This document shows positions 43,698 to 53,700 of a DNA stretch of 64,000 nt, in pieces. The notes beneath the pieces are model-generated. The model saw only the letters and a list, made by a program, of their open reading frames with translations, did no database searches and had not been told where the DNA came from. A program made the translations under genes and the position numbers. Source of the stretch: a virus (taxonomy: Duplodnaviria; Caudoviricetes); IMG/VR virus record IMGVR_UViG_3300021399_000102, positions 64,001 through 128,000 of that record, one strand, 5' to 3'. Position 1 is the first letter of the stretch, and the number at the start of each line of letters is the position of its first letter.

Positions 43698-44639
43698 TTA
43701 CACATTTCCTTTGCAGGTCTCGTCAAGTGAGTTCCAAACCTCGTTCTCAACCCACTCGTGGGTATCCCCATTCCATTTCCGGACGTTAAGCGCAAGCACG
43801 TCGGCCAACGGAATCACCTTGTACTGCTTGACGCTCTTGTAGTTGTTGCAGTAGATGGACTTGATGTAGGTGTAGCAAAAGACCTTCATTGCGTCCTTTT
43901 CAAGCATGTCAGAGAACGCGCCGAATTCCTCCTTGCAAACCTTGTCCTTCCATTCAGTTAGGACAGGATGCCACCAATCATGTCTATCGAACACAAGGTC
44001 AATGGGCATCTTGACCTTCTCCTTGCCAACGGAAACCTCTTTCCACCTTGCCTTGTTGGTCACGTACTCAGAGCAAAGGGTGTCCTGAACCTTCTGCCAA
44101 TCTGCCAAGGAAACCGTATTGGTCTCTATGGACTTGTCGTCGTTCCGAATCCCATCCCGGATTCGCTCGTTGTACATGGGGATGAGTTCCAGAATCCAAG
44201 CAGGAATCCTGCTGTCCTTATCCACGTCAAAGATGTCCTCAATCTCCCCTGTCTCCTCATTCACAACGCCAACCTTTGCGAACAACGACTGAAGCTTGCA
44301 ATTCTTCTGATAGATTCGCTCCTTGCGCTCCCACAACTTGAAGCCATATTCCCAAGAGCCATCTGACCAAATGAGCTTCACTGCGCAAAGAGTACGACCA
44401 TCCGAGAATGCATCCACGAAATCGTCCTTTCGGCAGACAATCTCCTCAATCTCCATCGTCTTGATGTCTCCATTTGGCGTTGTGACGATCATCCGCATAT
44501 CGTGGTCGTGTCCCTTGATGGGAGAATGCTCCTTGAATCTCTCAATCATGCTCTGAAACACGCCAAGGGTCTTGAATTCCTCCTCAGGAATAAGCTCAAC
44601 CCTCTTGATGTACCTCGTTCCTCTCTTTGACTTCTTCAC
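43698..44639 (-). CDS. Hypothetical protein, tandem paralog A
   Basis: DGSWEYG, YIKSIY, VWNSLDETCKGNV. Confidence 0.65.
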   Translation of the reverse strand: MKKSKRGTRYIKRVELIPEEEFKTLGVFQSMIERFKEHSPIKGHDHDMRMIVTTPNGDIKTMEIEEIVCRKDDFVDAFSDGRTLCAVKLIWSDGSWEYGFKLWERKERIYQKNCKLQSLFAKVGVVNEETGEIEDIFDVDKDSRIPAWILELIPMYNERIRDGIRNDDKSIETNTVSLADWQKVQDTLCSEYVTNKARWKEVSVGKEKVKMPIDLVFDRHDWWHPVLTEWKDKVCKEEFGAFSDMLEKDAMKVFCYTYIKSIYCNNYKSVKQYKVIPLADVLALNVRKWNGDTHEWVENEVWNSLDETCKGNV

Positions 44640-45049
44640 TAGTACAACTCCTCTCCAATCCGATTTTCGTCAAACCCACTCAACTTCCTTTTGCCATACT
44701 CAATGCAACGTAGAATATCCTCGTTGATGAGCTTCGTTCCCTTGAACGTGGAAACCAACAACCGAATCTCCTTTATGTTCATCTTGCTGGGGGAATATTC
44801 CTTTCCGGTCTCTATGAAATATCTCCCTTGCGCCTGATGGAACTGACCATAGTCCATCCGAATGATTTTCCTCTTCGCCAAGGCAGGGACGTGATAGGTC
44901 AATACAACGGAATAGATGTTCCTGTACCCCTTGTCGTGGAATTTCTTGATTCGGCAAGCAGAGTCGTCGTAATATACTATTCCCCTATGTGGTTCTACGA
45001 CAACACTCTTGCCAATTGGCGCAATCTTGCTTTGATTCTTCTTTCGCAT
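44636..45049 (-). CDS. Hypothetical protein ending TAG-TGA
   Basis: Only gene I found that appears to stop at TAG; the next codon is TGA. Confidence 0.6.
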
Positions 45050-45157
45050 GACACCAATATTATCTCATATTCGCGTCAGAAAGTCAATAACCCCGTTTGG
45101 GATTTATGTCAGATTTATTTCTTACCAAAAGTGGTCAGATTTAGGAGATTTGGTCAA

Positions 45158-45553
45158 TTATAGTTGGAATTCCGAAACCTTGGCGTCAGTGTTGGTGGAA
45201 AGCCAATCGGCAATCAAGTGCCTATGGCAAAAGTCCCCAATCTTCTCGTAGCAAAGCATTACGGCATTGTCTCCAAGTTTCTCCAACACATTGTGAGGAT
45301 TCAATTTTGACAATACGGTTTCAAGGTATATGTTCTTGTACCATTCCATAGATTCCGGAGAACTTGGATTGTCCTTGAACTTGTCGTGCCATATTCTCCA
45401 CCAGCATCTCTTTGGGGCAAGTTCTGGCATGAACCTTGCATTGGGTGTGTCATAGAAGAACTTTGGCGCATAGCCAGAAACGCACACCAGGTTGTTCAAT
45501 CCACACTCTTGGAGTTTCTTTACTCTTGCGAAATAGGATGTGTAGATGGTCAT
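45158..45553 (-). CDS. DUF488-family protein
   Basis: IYTSYF, LAPK, LCYEK..FCHRHLIA.WL. Confidence 0.8.
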   Translation of the reverse strand: MTIYTSYFARVKKLQECGLNNLVCVSGYAPKFFYDTPNARFMPELAPKRCWWRIWHDKFKDNPSSPESMEWYKNIYLETVLSKLNPHNVLEKLGDNAVMLCYEKIGDFCHRHLIADWLSTNTDAKVSEFQL

Positions 45554-46002
45554 GCCAGCATTTCCTTGAGCAGATTGGAGCAGAGTTTCTTGTCGCAATT
45601 TGATGGCAGAGACTTCATCATCAATCCAAAGTCCTTCTTCGTCAGACTTCTGCCAAGCTCCTTCTTCTTGTTCGCAATTATTTCCTTGATGATGCCCTCA
45701 AGCATGTCGTCTGGTATCGTAGGTGGAATAAACAAGGACAGGTCAGCAAGTTCATCCTTCGCTTTCTCCTCCAAGTCGGGTCTGTTGGCTGCCTTTGCCG
45801 AGGCTATGGTGTCCTCCAATTGCTTCACTGCCCTCTTTACGCAACCTATGACAACATCCTCAGTGATTTCCTTGCCCTCGTTCACAGTCTTGTTCTTGAT
45901 GTCAGAAACGACCATGCGAAGGGTGTCCCTCGTGGATGCGTTTCCTGACTTCATCGCGTTCTTGATTGTCTCTTGGATTCTCTCGTATGTCTCGCTTGCC
46001 AT
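45550..46002 (-). CDS. Free-standing GatB/YqeY-domain protein
   Basis: IKNAMKSG..RDTLRMV.SDIKN, ANRPDL.EK..E, FGLMMK. Confidence 0.8.
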   Translation of the reverse strand: MASETYERIQETIKNAMKSGNASTRDTLRMVVSDIKNKTVNEGKEITEDVVIGCVKRAVKQLEDTIASAKAANRPDLEEKAKDELADLSLFIPPTIPDDMLEGIIKEIIANKKKELGRSLTKKDFGLMMKSLPSNCDKKLCSNLLKEMLA

Positions 46003-46485
46003 TGTTGAATTCCTTTCTCTTCATCTGATGATTGGCATATTTGGTGATGGTTCCGAAAGAGGTTTGGTTTCTTTTGGATATTTCCTCGCCAGTTCTTTTG
46101 CTGTGAGCATTTCGTCGGCGTTGTGATATCCCTCTGATGCGTACATTATCTTGCAAAGGTTTGACAGCAACTCATCTGATGGATAGCCACCTGGACAGTC
46201 ACCCTCGCATTGGGCTGCAGAATGCAATTCCCTGTCAATCTTGCGCAACGTCCAAGCCATATCCAACGCCTTGTCTCGCAGGCTTTCGTAGTTCAATGTT
46301 TCTTCAGAAGTCATATGATACATTATACCACTTTTGGCTTCAAGTGTTTAACCTTAATCTCGAATATCCTTGGTCTGGTGTTCTTGTCTGGGAATTCTGA
46401 ATGGAATGACAATCTGGCGTCGTCGAACTTCTCAACGTCATATTCCCGACAGTCTTCTTCATTGAAATCTGTCATAAAGTAGAAT

Positions 46486-47109
46486 TCAACATGTTCCATT
46501 TCTTTTCAGAAGCAACAACGATACTCCAATCAAGAACAAAAGCGAAGATGAAGGTTCGGGGACAAAAGGTGGATTATATGTGTAGAAATCAGTTGGAGTC
46601 CATTGCCCATCAGCTGGCGGCCAAACACCACCTTCCCATATGTAATGTTCTCTTAAATAATTTATTGTTGCTGTATTGGATTCAGCTATTGTCTCATCCC
46701 ATATAAACAGATCCAATGCTTCGCTATATGATAAACTTCCAAGTTGTATTTGAAACAGTGCTTCCGAAAACATTTCTGAACTTATATTTACTGGTGATTG
46801 CGATGCCCAGTTTCCAGTGCTTATACCCCTTCCATCACCTGATTCATCAAAAGAGGAATAATCCCAATATTGACCATTGTTATAAATCGGAAGGACGGTG
46901 CTTGTTCCATCATTGAATGTCACCTTTACCCTAGCACCAACGTCATAACCACTATAACCATCTTCTTCCCACGCATAAGGCTCAATAAACGAAACCAAAC
47001 TCATACCATCAACGGTCGCCGTTTCATTTACTAGCCACCACAACATATCCCCCCATCCAGTGAATGGGAGTAGCATCAATAGCAGTCCATATGTCAGTTT
47101 CTTCAACAT
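46486..47109 (-). CDS. PEP-CTERM sorting-domain protein
   Basis: Signal peptide; C-terminal VPEPSSSLLFLIGVSLLLLKR. Confidence 0.85.
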   Translation of the reverse strand: MLKKLTYGLLLMLLPFTGWGDMLWWLVNETATVDGMSLVSFIEPYAWEEDGYSGYDVGARVKVTFNDGTSTVLPIYNNGQYWDYSSFDESGDGRGISTGNWASQSPVNISSEMFSEALFQIQLGSLSYSEALDLFIWDETIAESNTATINYLREHYIWEGGVWPPADGQWTPTDFYTYNPPFVPEPSSSLLFLIGVSLLLLKRNGTC

Positions 47110-47217
47110 CTCTTCTTTCTACAAAAGCATATTTACATAATTGTACACCAAACGGCAAACAAAAATTATATGGACTGATAATCTCCAGCCCAAAGCTACA
47201 TTCAATTCAATGTTATG

Positions 47218-47817
47218 TCAAAGGCTCTGCAAACGATATGGCTGTGGCTCAACCCAATCTGGATTTACCTTGCTCCCTCTCTTCGTTGGGATCTTATCCT
47301 TTGCAGGAACACGAAGCACCCCAATGTCAGATTGCATGTTGTCGGTGGTGGTTCTGTCCACCCGATATACCGAGTTGGTGGATAGCGTCTGAAGTTCCGA
47401 CATCATCCCCTCCACCCCAGAAGAGGCGTTTGGCATAATGTGATTCACTGCATTTCTGCGCTTCACATCCAAAACCACAAGAACATCGTCCTTCATGTCG
47501 ATTGGAACAGCATCCATAGCCACCATCTCAACAAACCTCTTGACATCTGGATTGGAGAACTCAACCAAGTCCAAAATGGTGTCCGACATCCTGGAAATCA
47601 ATCTCGCCCGTGGATTTGGAAACAGTGATATGGATTTCACCACATCCCTTGCGAACAACGCCTGCTTGGCAGAATTCAATTTCCCCATCTCGGATTTCAA
47701 TGTTTCACTTGAACCAAATGCGCATCTCGTCACTCGGTCGTTCCAATCATATGTTGGAGGTTCCGCAGACAACGAAACCACAAGCATAGCCATAGATATC
47801 ACAGCCAGTATTTTCAT
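47218..47817 (-). CDS. Secreted host-like protein
   Basis: Signal peptide MKILAVISMAMLVVSLSA. Confidence 0.55.
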   Translation of the reverse strand: MKILAVISMAMLVVSLSAEPPTYDWNDRVTRCAFGSSETLKSEMGKLNSAKQALFARDVVKSISLFPNPRARLISRMSDTILDLVEFSNPDVKRFVEMVAMDAVPIDMKDDVLVVLDVKRRNAVNHIMPNASSGVEGMMSELQTLSTNSVYRVDRTTTDNMQSDIGVLRVPAKDKIPTKRGSKVNPDWVEPQPYRLQSL

Positions 47818-47873
47818 CTTGTTTCCTTTCAAAAGAAATTGAACCACAAACGCAAAGAACCGTAAAGTTGGCA

Positions 47874-48452
47874 TCACTTGTCAAATGCCCCGTAGAGCTT
47901 GAACTTCTTTGAGATAAGATGGGCTTGTTCGTCAGGAAGTGGCTTGAACCACGCCCCAACTGTGCATGTACCATCTGGATTCTCTGGCGTCAGATCGGTA
48001 AGGCACTTGTCGTTGATGTAGCCCCAATCAACCCCCTCAACAAGCCCAAGTTCCTGCACCACTGGCTCAATCTTCGTCTTCAACTGATTGAGATTCTTGC
48101 ATTCGCATATTGTCTTCGTGAAGATGTCGTTGATGTAGCCATTCCATATGTCCTTTGGGATTTCAACAGTAATGCTCACCGACTTCTTTGGAAATTGTGT
48201 CTTTACCTTGAAATATTTTTCCCCAGCCTTGAATGCTTCCTCTGCTTTCTTGCAGACTTCCGGATGCTTGTAGACAGCATACTGACCTGGACGCCACGGA
48301 TCTTCTGCCATCAAGGTGTCAAACTCGTTGTCAACGCAAGGAAACGACTTCAGCATGTTGGTGAAGTATGCTTCTGCACAGTGTCCAATCATGGCAGCAA
48401 GCTTCCCTGGCTTCAGATTCAGGTCTTTCCTGATTATGAACACTCTTCTCAT
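47874..48452 (-). CDS. Peptidyl-tRNA hydrolase, Pth2 family
   Basis: VFIIRKDLNLKPGKLAAMIGH, TKTICE, INDKCLTDL, TCTV, KFKLY. Confidence 0.75.
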   Translation of the reverse strand: MRRVFIIRKDLNLKPGKLAAMIGHCAEAYFTNMLKSFPCVDNEFDTLMAEDPWRPGQYAVYKHPEVCKKAEEAFKAGEKYFKVKTQFPKKSVSITVEIPKDIWNGYINDIFTKTICECKNLNQLKTKIEPVVQELGLVEGVDWGYINDKCLTDLTPENPDGTCTVGAWFKPLPDEQAHLISKKFKLYGAFDK

Positions 48453-48453
48453 T

Positions 48454-48735
48454 TCACAATTCCTCGTTCGTAACGTCCGTGTATTGTCCTCTTGCGCAAG
48501 CCAAGTCCATCATCAGAACATCATGCGCCATCTTCTCGGCTTCTTCGTTTGGATCTTCAACTTTCCTATTTCCCAACATAACGTCCATGGGCGTGGAGAC
48601 ATGAAATCCAATCAATCCCCTGTTCGCCTTTTTCCACTCAATCACCTTGTCCAAAGCATCTACGCAACTCCTTGATTCAGATATCGCCGACTCAATGGCC
48701 TTCACCAACTCTAAATCCACTTTACCTTCCATCAT
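48454..48735 (-). CDS. Hypothetical protein, paralog of 48996-49280
   Basis: AISES..ALDKVI.W.K.NR.LIG.H..TP.DVM.G.RKVEDP. Confidence 0.65.
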   Translation of the reverse strand: MMEGKVDLELVKAIESAISESRSCVDALDKVIEWKKANRGLIGFHVSTPMDVMLGNRKVEDPNEEAEKMAHDVLMMDLACARGQYTDVTNEEL

Positions 48736-48995
48736 ATTCTCTCCTTCACAAATCCTCGAATTGCTCTATGGGTTCTGAACCACCGATTTCAAGCATCCTT
48801 CTCACGTATTGCCTATATTCCTCTAAATCAAGTTGACGAATGAACTTCTCGCAACTGGGGTATTTCCTCAATTGACGTTCATATTCATAACGTCTCTCAA
48901 AGTATTTCATCTTGGCAGCTTCTGCTGGGTTCTCGCGCTCCCATTCATCTTCCAATCTGCTGCCAAACAATCCCCACCAGAACAAGCCAAACATA

Positions 48996-49280
48996 TCACA
49001 TTCCCTCCAATTCCTCAGGAGTGACTTCCATCAACTGTCCCCTTGCAGATTCAAGCAATATCGCCAAGGTGTCTTTGGCAATCTTGTTGGCTTCATTCCA
49101 TGGGTCTTCAACTTTCCTTTGACCACACATGACATCAAGAGGTGTGCCAATATGTATGCCAATCAAGTTCCTGTTCTTCTTCTGCCATTTAATAACCTTG
49201 TCCAATGCCTCGCAATAGTCAACGGACTCTGATATTGCGTTCTCTATGAAGGTCGCAAGTTCCTCGTCAATTTCGTTCAT
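48996..49280 (-). CDS. Hypothetical protein, paralog of 48454-48735
   Basis: Same motifs as above. Confidence 0.65.
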   Translation of the reverse strand: MNEIDEELATFIENAISESVDYCEALDKVIKWQKKNRNLIGIHIGTPLDVMCGQRKVEDPWNEANKIAKDTLAILLESARGQLMEVTPEELEGM

Positions 49281-49549
49281 TGTTGTTTCTCCATTTCGTC
49301 AAGATTCATTGGCGACATTGAATTGATGCGTCCATAGCATCCCCATCTTGGACTGCCGCAACTTGGGTTCTCCACGACTATGCGAGATATTCCCGAGTTC
49401 TTGTTCTCCAATATGCCCTTGATGCAATCCAATGCGGAATGGATGTTGTCAGTCTCATAGGTGTTCGATGGGAAACCCTCAATGCCAGTTGGCTCAAAGC
49501 AATGTATGCGTATCTTGTTGTTGTCCATGATAAGAATTATACGAGAAGA

Positions 49550-50536
49550 TCACAAGTCGTCCTTGCCAATGCAGAGGTTGTCGTCAAATGCGCATTTACC
49601 CTCGATGAAATCCTGATATTGCTTGTGGATGAAATATATCTTCTTCTCAGGATGTTGTTCGACAACCAATCGCATCTTCTCTCTATCTGAATCTGGATAT
49701 CCACCCTTTACTTCAACATAGATGTCTCTGTCGGGGATATATAGGTCAGGAATATAGTTATGCCAATAGTCCTTGAAATACTTGATTGGAGCAGCTTTCA
49801 CCCACAATATGCCGAGCGCGTTCAATCTCAATGCCACATTCTCCTCCCAATGCCCACGCACAGAGAATTCCTTGCCCTCCAAGTTCTTTACCTTGTACCA
49901 CTTTACCTTCACATGTTCTTTATTGAGATACTGGTTCATGACTTGTTCGGCACGTTTGGCAGAGATTTTTTGGCGGGTTTCAAGGGTGTGTCTATGCTGT
50001 ACTGCGGACTTTGATATCTCTCCATTCTTGTACCTTTCAGAATATGTTCTTCCACCTTTTTTATATGCTTCATCATGCTGACTTTTTAGCGGATGTTTAT
50101 CGCAATGTGCAAGATGACCACCTAATTTTCCTGGACTTGATAACAATTCCTCACAATACGGACATCTCCACAAAGTTTCTCCATTTATTATGACTTTTTT
50201 GGCATGTTCGGCATTGTGTTCATCTTCAATATGTTTCTTTAATTCTTTTCTTGTCAATAGAACTTTACCGCACACTTTACAGGTCCAAGTGCCATACGGC
50301 GATTGCTTTGCAACTTTTCCTTCGGCTCTCAATTTGTCGAGATGTGCCTTTACCTTTGGGCTGTTGTGTTCAATCTCTTTGTTTATAGAACCAACATATG
50401 CTTCTTTACATTCCTTGGAGCAGAATCTTCCTGATCCATATGTGTGGTCATGTGGTTCTCCACAATTTTCACAAGGCTTGTCTTTGTTTGCAAGGCGTTT
50501 CTATGCCATTGCTTTACGATAGCGTTCTTTATTCAT
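49550..50536 (-). CDS. Zinc-finger PD-(D/E)XK endonuclease, homing-endonuclease-like (TAG at 50501-50503)
   Basis: CENCG..FCSKEC, two C2H2-like fingers, HTLETRQKIS (NUMOD3-like), YIPDLY..YVEVKG. Confidence 0.75.
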
Positions 50537-50608
50537 ATTATTTTTACCTTTTTGTTGTTGAAGTCATTCGCGTGACTCCAAATGTATTTACTAATAATTA
50601 TACAAGAA

Positions 50609-50638
50609 ATCTACACTAGGCGCGAACCTAGTGTAGAT
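50609..50638 (-). terminator. Terminator/processing hairpin downstream of the tRNA
   Basis: Perfect 12-bp stem ATCTACACTAGG-TTCGCG-CCTAGTGTAGAT followed by TTCTT. Confidence 0.75.
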
Positions 50639-50645
50639 ATAACTG

Positions 50646-50724
50646 TGGCTGATCCATCCCCTTCACCACGAGGAACCCGGCGGGTTAGGGCCGCCTGTGC
50701 TTTTAGGTATTACACCATGGATCA
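50646..50724 (-). tRNA. Amber suppressor tRNA (anticodon CUA), tRNA-Gln-like, non-canonical D and T loops
   Basis: TGATCCA-TG-GTGT-AATACCTAAAA-GCAC-A-GGCGG-CCCTAAC-CCGCC-GGGT-TCCTC-GTGGTGAA-GGGGA-TGGATCA-G-CCA: all four stems pair and CCA is encoded. Confidence 0.85.
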
Positions 50725-50774
50725 ATTGAAACTGTCTCGTTTCTCATCACATTCAATTATACGAAATCTCGGCA

Positions 50775-53700
50775 TCAAGAGTCGCCCAAATCGACAGCAT
50801 CACTGTCTTGCATCATCACTGGTTGTGTCGCGTTTCCTCCTGGTGCATTCTCAATCGCCAACACGCTGCCAACGGGTATCTTGTTGACTTCCTCTATGTA
50901 CTCTTGGAGATTTCCATGCAAGCCAATTGCAGTCTCCTTGATTTCACTAAACGTCTTCTCTGAAATCTTGTCTCCTCTTATGAGTGCAAGCTTCAGTTCG
51001 CGCTCTTCCCTTGGCAAGTTTGCAATCTTGTTCTCGGCCTCTTGCTTGAGGTTCTTCACTTCGTCGCCCAATGACTTCAACTCCTTGTCCGTAACAGATC
51101 CTGGGTCGTTTATCATCTTCTCCAATATGGCTTCGTAGTTCTGCTCCTGCTTTCTGATGGCTTCCATAGCCTTTATCTTTGCGTTGGCGATAGCCAATGC
51201 TTCCTTGCGCTTTGCCTCCTCCTTGAGCTTCTTCTCGCGTTCTTCCTTTTCCTTCGCTTCTTTCTCTGCCTTGCGCTTGGCTTCCTCTGCCTCTTGCTTC
51301 CTCTTTTCCTCCTCAATCTCAGTCATCGTCTTCGGAGGTGGTTCAAGCACCTTGGTCTGAACGTCGCCAGCCTTCTTGACAATCTTGTTCCCTGAGGATT
51401 GCGCATCAAGTCTGGCTTGCTTCTCCTTCTCCAACCTGTCCCAGAATTGCTTTAGTTGCTTGAGGTAGGTGTAGTCCCCTGAGAATCTGGCCTCGAACTC
51501 GGCCTTCTGCATCAGCTTCTTGAGGTCGTTGATGGAACTTTCGAGTTGGACGTCAGACATGCTTCCAATCTTCCCCCAAATGCCCTGCCAAGACTTCAGA
51601 ATCTTGTCCTTGCCCTTGGCGTCAGGGATACCCATCTGCTCCCTGTAGGAATCAAGCTTCCACTTCTGCCAGAAATGTGCGTTGGAATAGTCTATGACCT
51701 TTATCTTCATGTTGGGGAATCGGAGATGCTTGTACATGAAGGCGAAGATTCCCTTTTGGGACATCAAGGTGTTGAGCTTGACGACACCCTTCAGCAATTT
51801 GGCGTTGGTGTCTTCGGTCTTGTATGTGATTTCGTCAGAAAGAAGTTTCTCAACTATGTTCCATTGTGGGAGTACCTTGTACTTGAGGTATTCGAGGAAC
51901 ACCTGAGCGAAGCCAGCTTGGGTTGGCTCGTCACCCATCACTTGCTTCCAATCATAGCCAGATATGCTGGCCATGTTGAAGAACCAGCTCATCAAGTCGT
52001 GGATTCTGTTCGCCTTTTCAACCTTTGTTCCCTTTGGCAATATCCCTTTTCCAATAAGGAAGTCAATCAATGGGATTGCTGCCCCGACAGTTCCCATTAT
52101 CTGACCATTGGCAAACAAGTCCAACGCGCCAGAATCAAGCCAGAAGTCACGGACGTCTCCATATGTGACTCCTGCCGCCTTTGTTCCCCTCCATTCAGCA
52201 ATCGTGGCGAGAGCTTGCGCTTTTCTCTTCTGTCTATTGGCAAACCTCTTTGTGCGTTCCCACCAACCAAGGTTCTTGCCGTCAGAGAGTTCTCCATTTA
52301 CGTCATCTTTAGCCTTGTCGTAGTCGAGGATTCTCTTTGTGTTCTGAATCCCCTTCTTTGCAGCTTGGAATCCCTTTACAGTAAGGAACGCGGCGCCAAC
52401 TGCTGCTGCCCCCACGACTCCACCAACGGCTACACCTGCAAATGCTGCCGTCTTCCATTTCTATCCTGGGCTTAAGTCATCCCATTTCTCGGAAAGCCAA
52501 CCCTGAGATTGCCCCTTCGCAGTCTCCAAGTTGTTGTCCTTGCCTTGAATCTTACCGGCTCGGAGCTTCTTTAGGAACCTTACAAATCTGTCCTTGAACA
52601 GAACATCCTCTTCCTTTTCATATCCACCAATCTTGTGGCTCACCAAAGCGCTGTTCCATTCTGTCCAATATTTTGCCAATTCCTTCGTGTCTATGGCAAG
52701 AGGCTTTCCTGACCATATTGAATACCCATCCCATCCCTTTAGATATCTGTTGTATATTTCACGTATTGCTTTCGCCCTTGCCAATTCATAGAGAATTGGA
52801 TGCACAGAAATCTTTGCCCCATCTTGCATCCATGTGAATGGCATGAATCCTATGGAATCGGCTTCGGCGTCTGCTGGCTTGCCGAAATACACGTCTGCTG
52901 TCTTGTGCAACGCCTCAAAAGGCTTCAATGGGATGATGGAGCGCAAATCAGATGCCATCACCCTATATCCCCTGTTCCATCCTGTATTTGGATCGTACAA
53001 TGGACCTTTTACGTTCTTGAAGCGTTGGGACTTCGACAACTGAAGGATATATGAATCCAATGTCCTTATCTGAGGGACAATGGCGTCTGCCAAATTCTGT
53101 CTGATCTTTTCAGCCTTCTTGTGCATCGCCTCAATCAGCTATGGAGATGCATTCCCCTGCATTCGGGCAATTTGGATGTATTTAAGTTCGTCTGTGAACT
53201 TTTGGGAGGCGTTGTGAATCGTAACAAGAAGGTCGCCAGAATTTTTGGACTTGAGCCTCTTTTCGACATCTTCCTCTGCTGCATCCTTGCTCTTGTCCAT
53301 CTTGTCCTTTTGCATTTTCTCAGCATTGGCGAAGTTCTTGTTTGTGTGGACAGGGACATGGCGCATTATGGCACCCTTCGTGGGCATCTTGCCTCCAGCT
53401 CTGCTTGACGTCTGAAGTCCCTCTATTGCGTTCAATTGACCCTTGAATGGCTTTACTCCCTTGGCATTGGAGAGCAACATCCCCTTGAATTGGGCAACCT
53501 TGCTCTTTCCACTGGCCATTTGGTCCGCAGCCATGTTCTATGCTTGCTTTTCTACTGATGCCCTCTTGCCAGACCACAACGCCATCACCTGGTTCATTAT
53601 GAACGTGAATATCGCAGGGACGAACTTGGATATGAATATCAAGGTGGAGCCAGCACCAGGGAGAAACAGATTGAGGATGAATCCAATCGCAGCAACAATC

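Noticed and set aside
50646-50724. Pyrrolysine tRNA (CUA anticodon, no GG or TTC motifs, G73)
   Set aside because: It has a 2-nt acceptor/D linker, an 11-nt D loop and a 5-bp anticodon stem, unlike tRNA-Pyl. Acceptor and D arms look Gln-like and no pyl genes are in the window. The amino acid remains unproven.
51546-52475. Long plus-strand ORFs (also 13648-14364, 33393-34175, 37725-38543, 54925-55755, 62364-63092)
   Set aside because: Antisense shadows of minus-strand genes, with no motifs or SD sequences.
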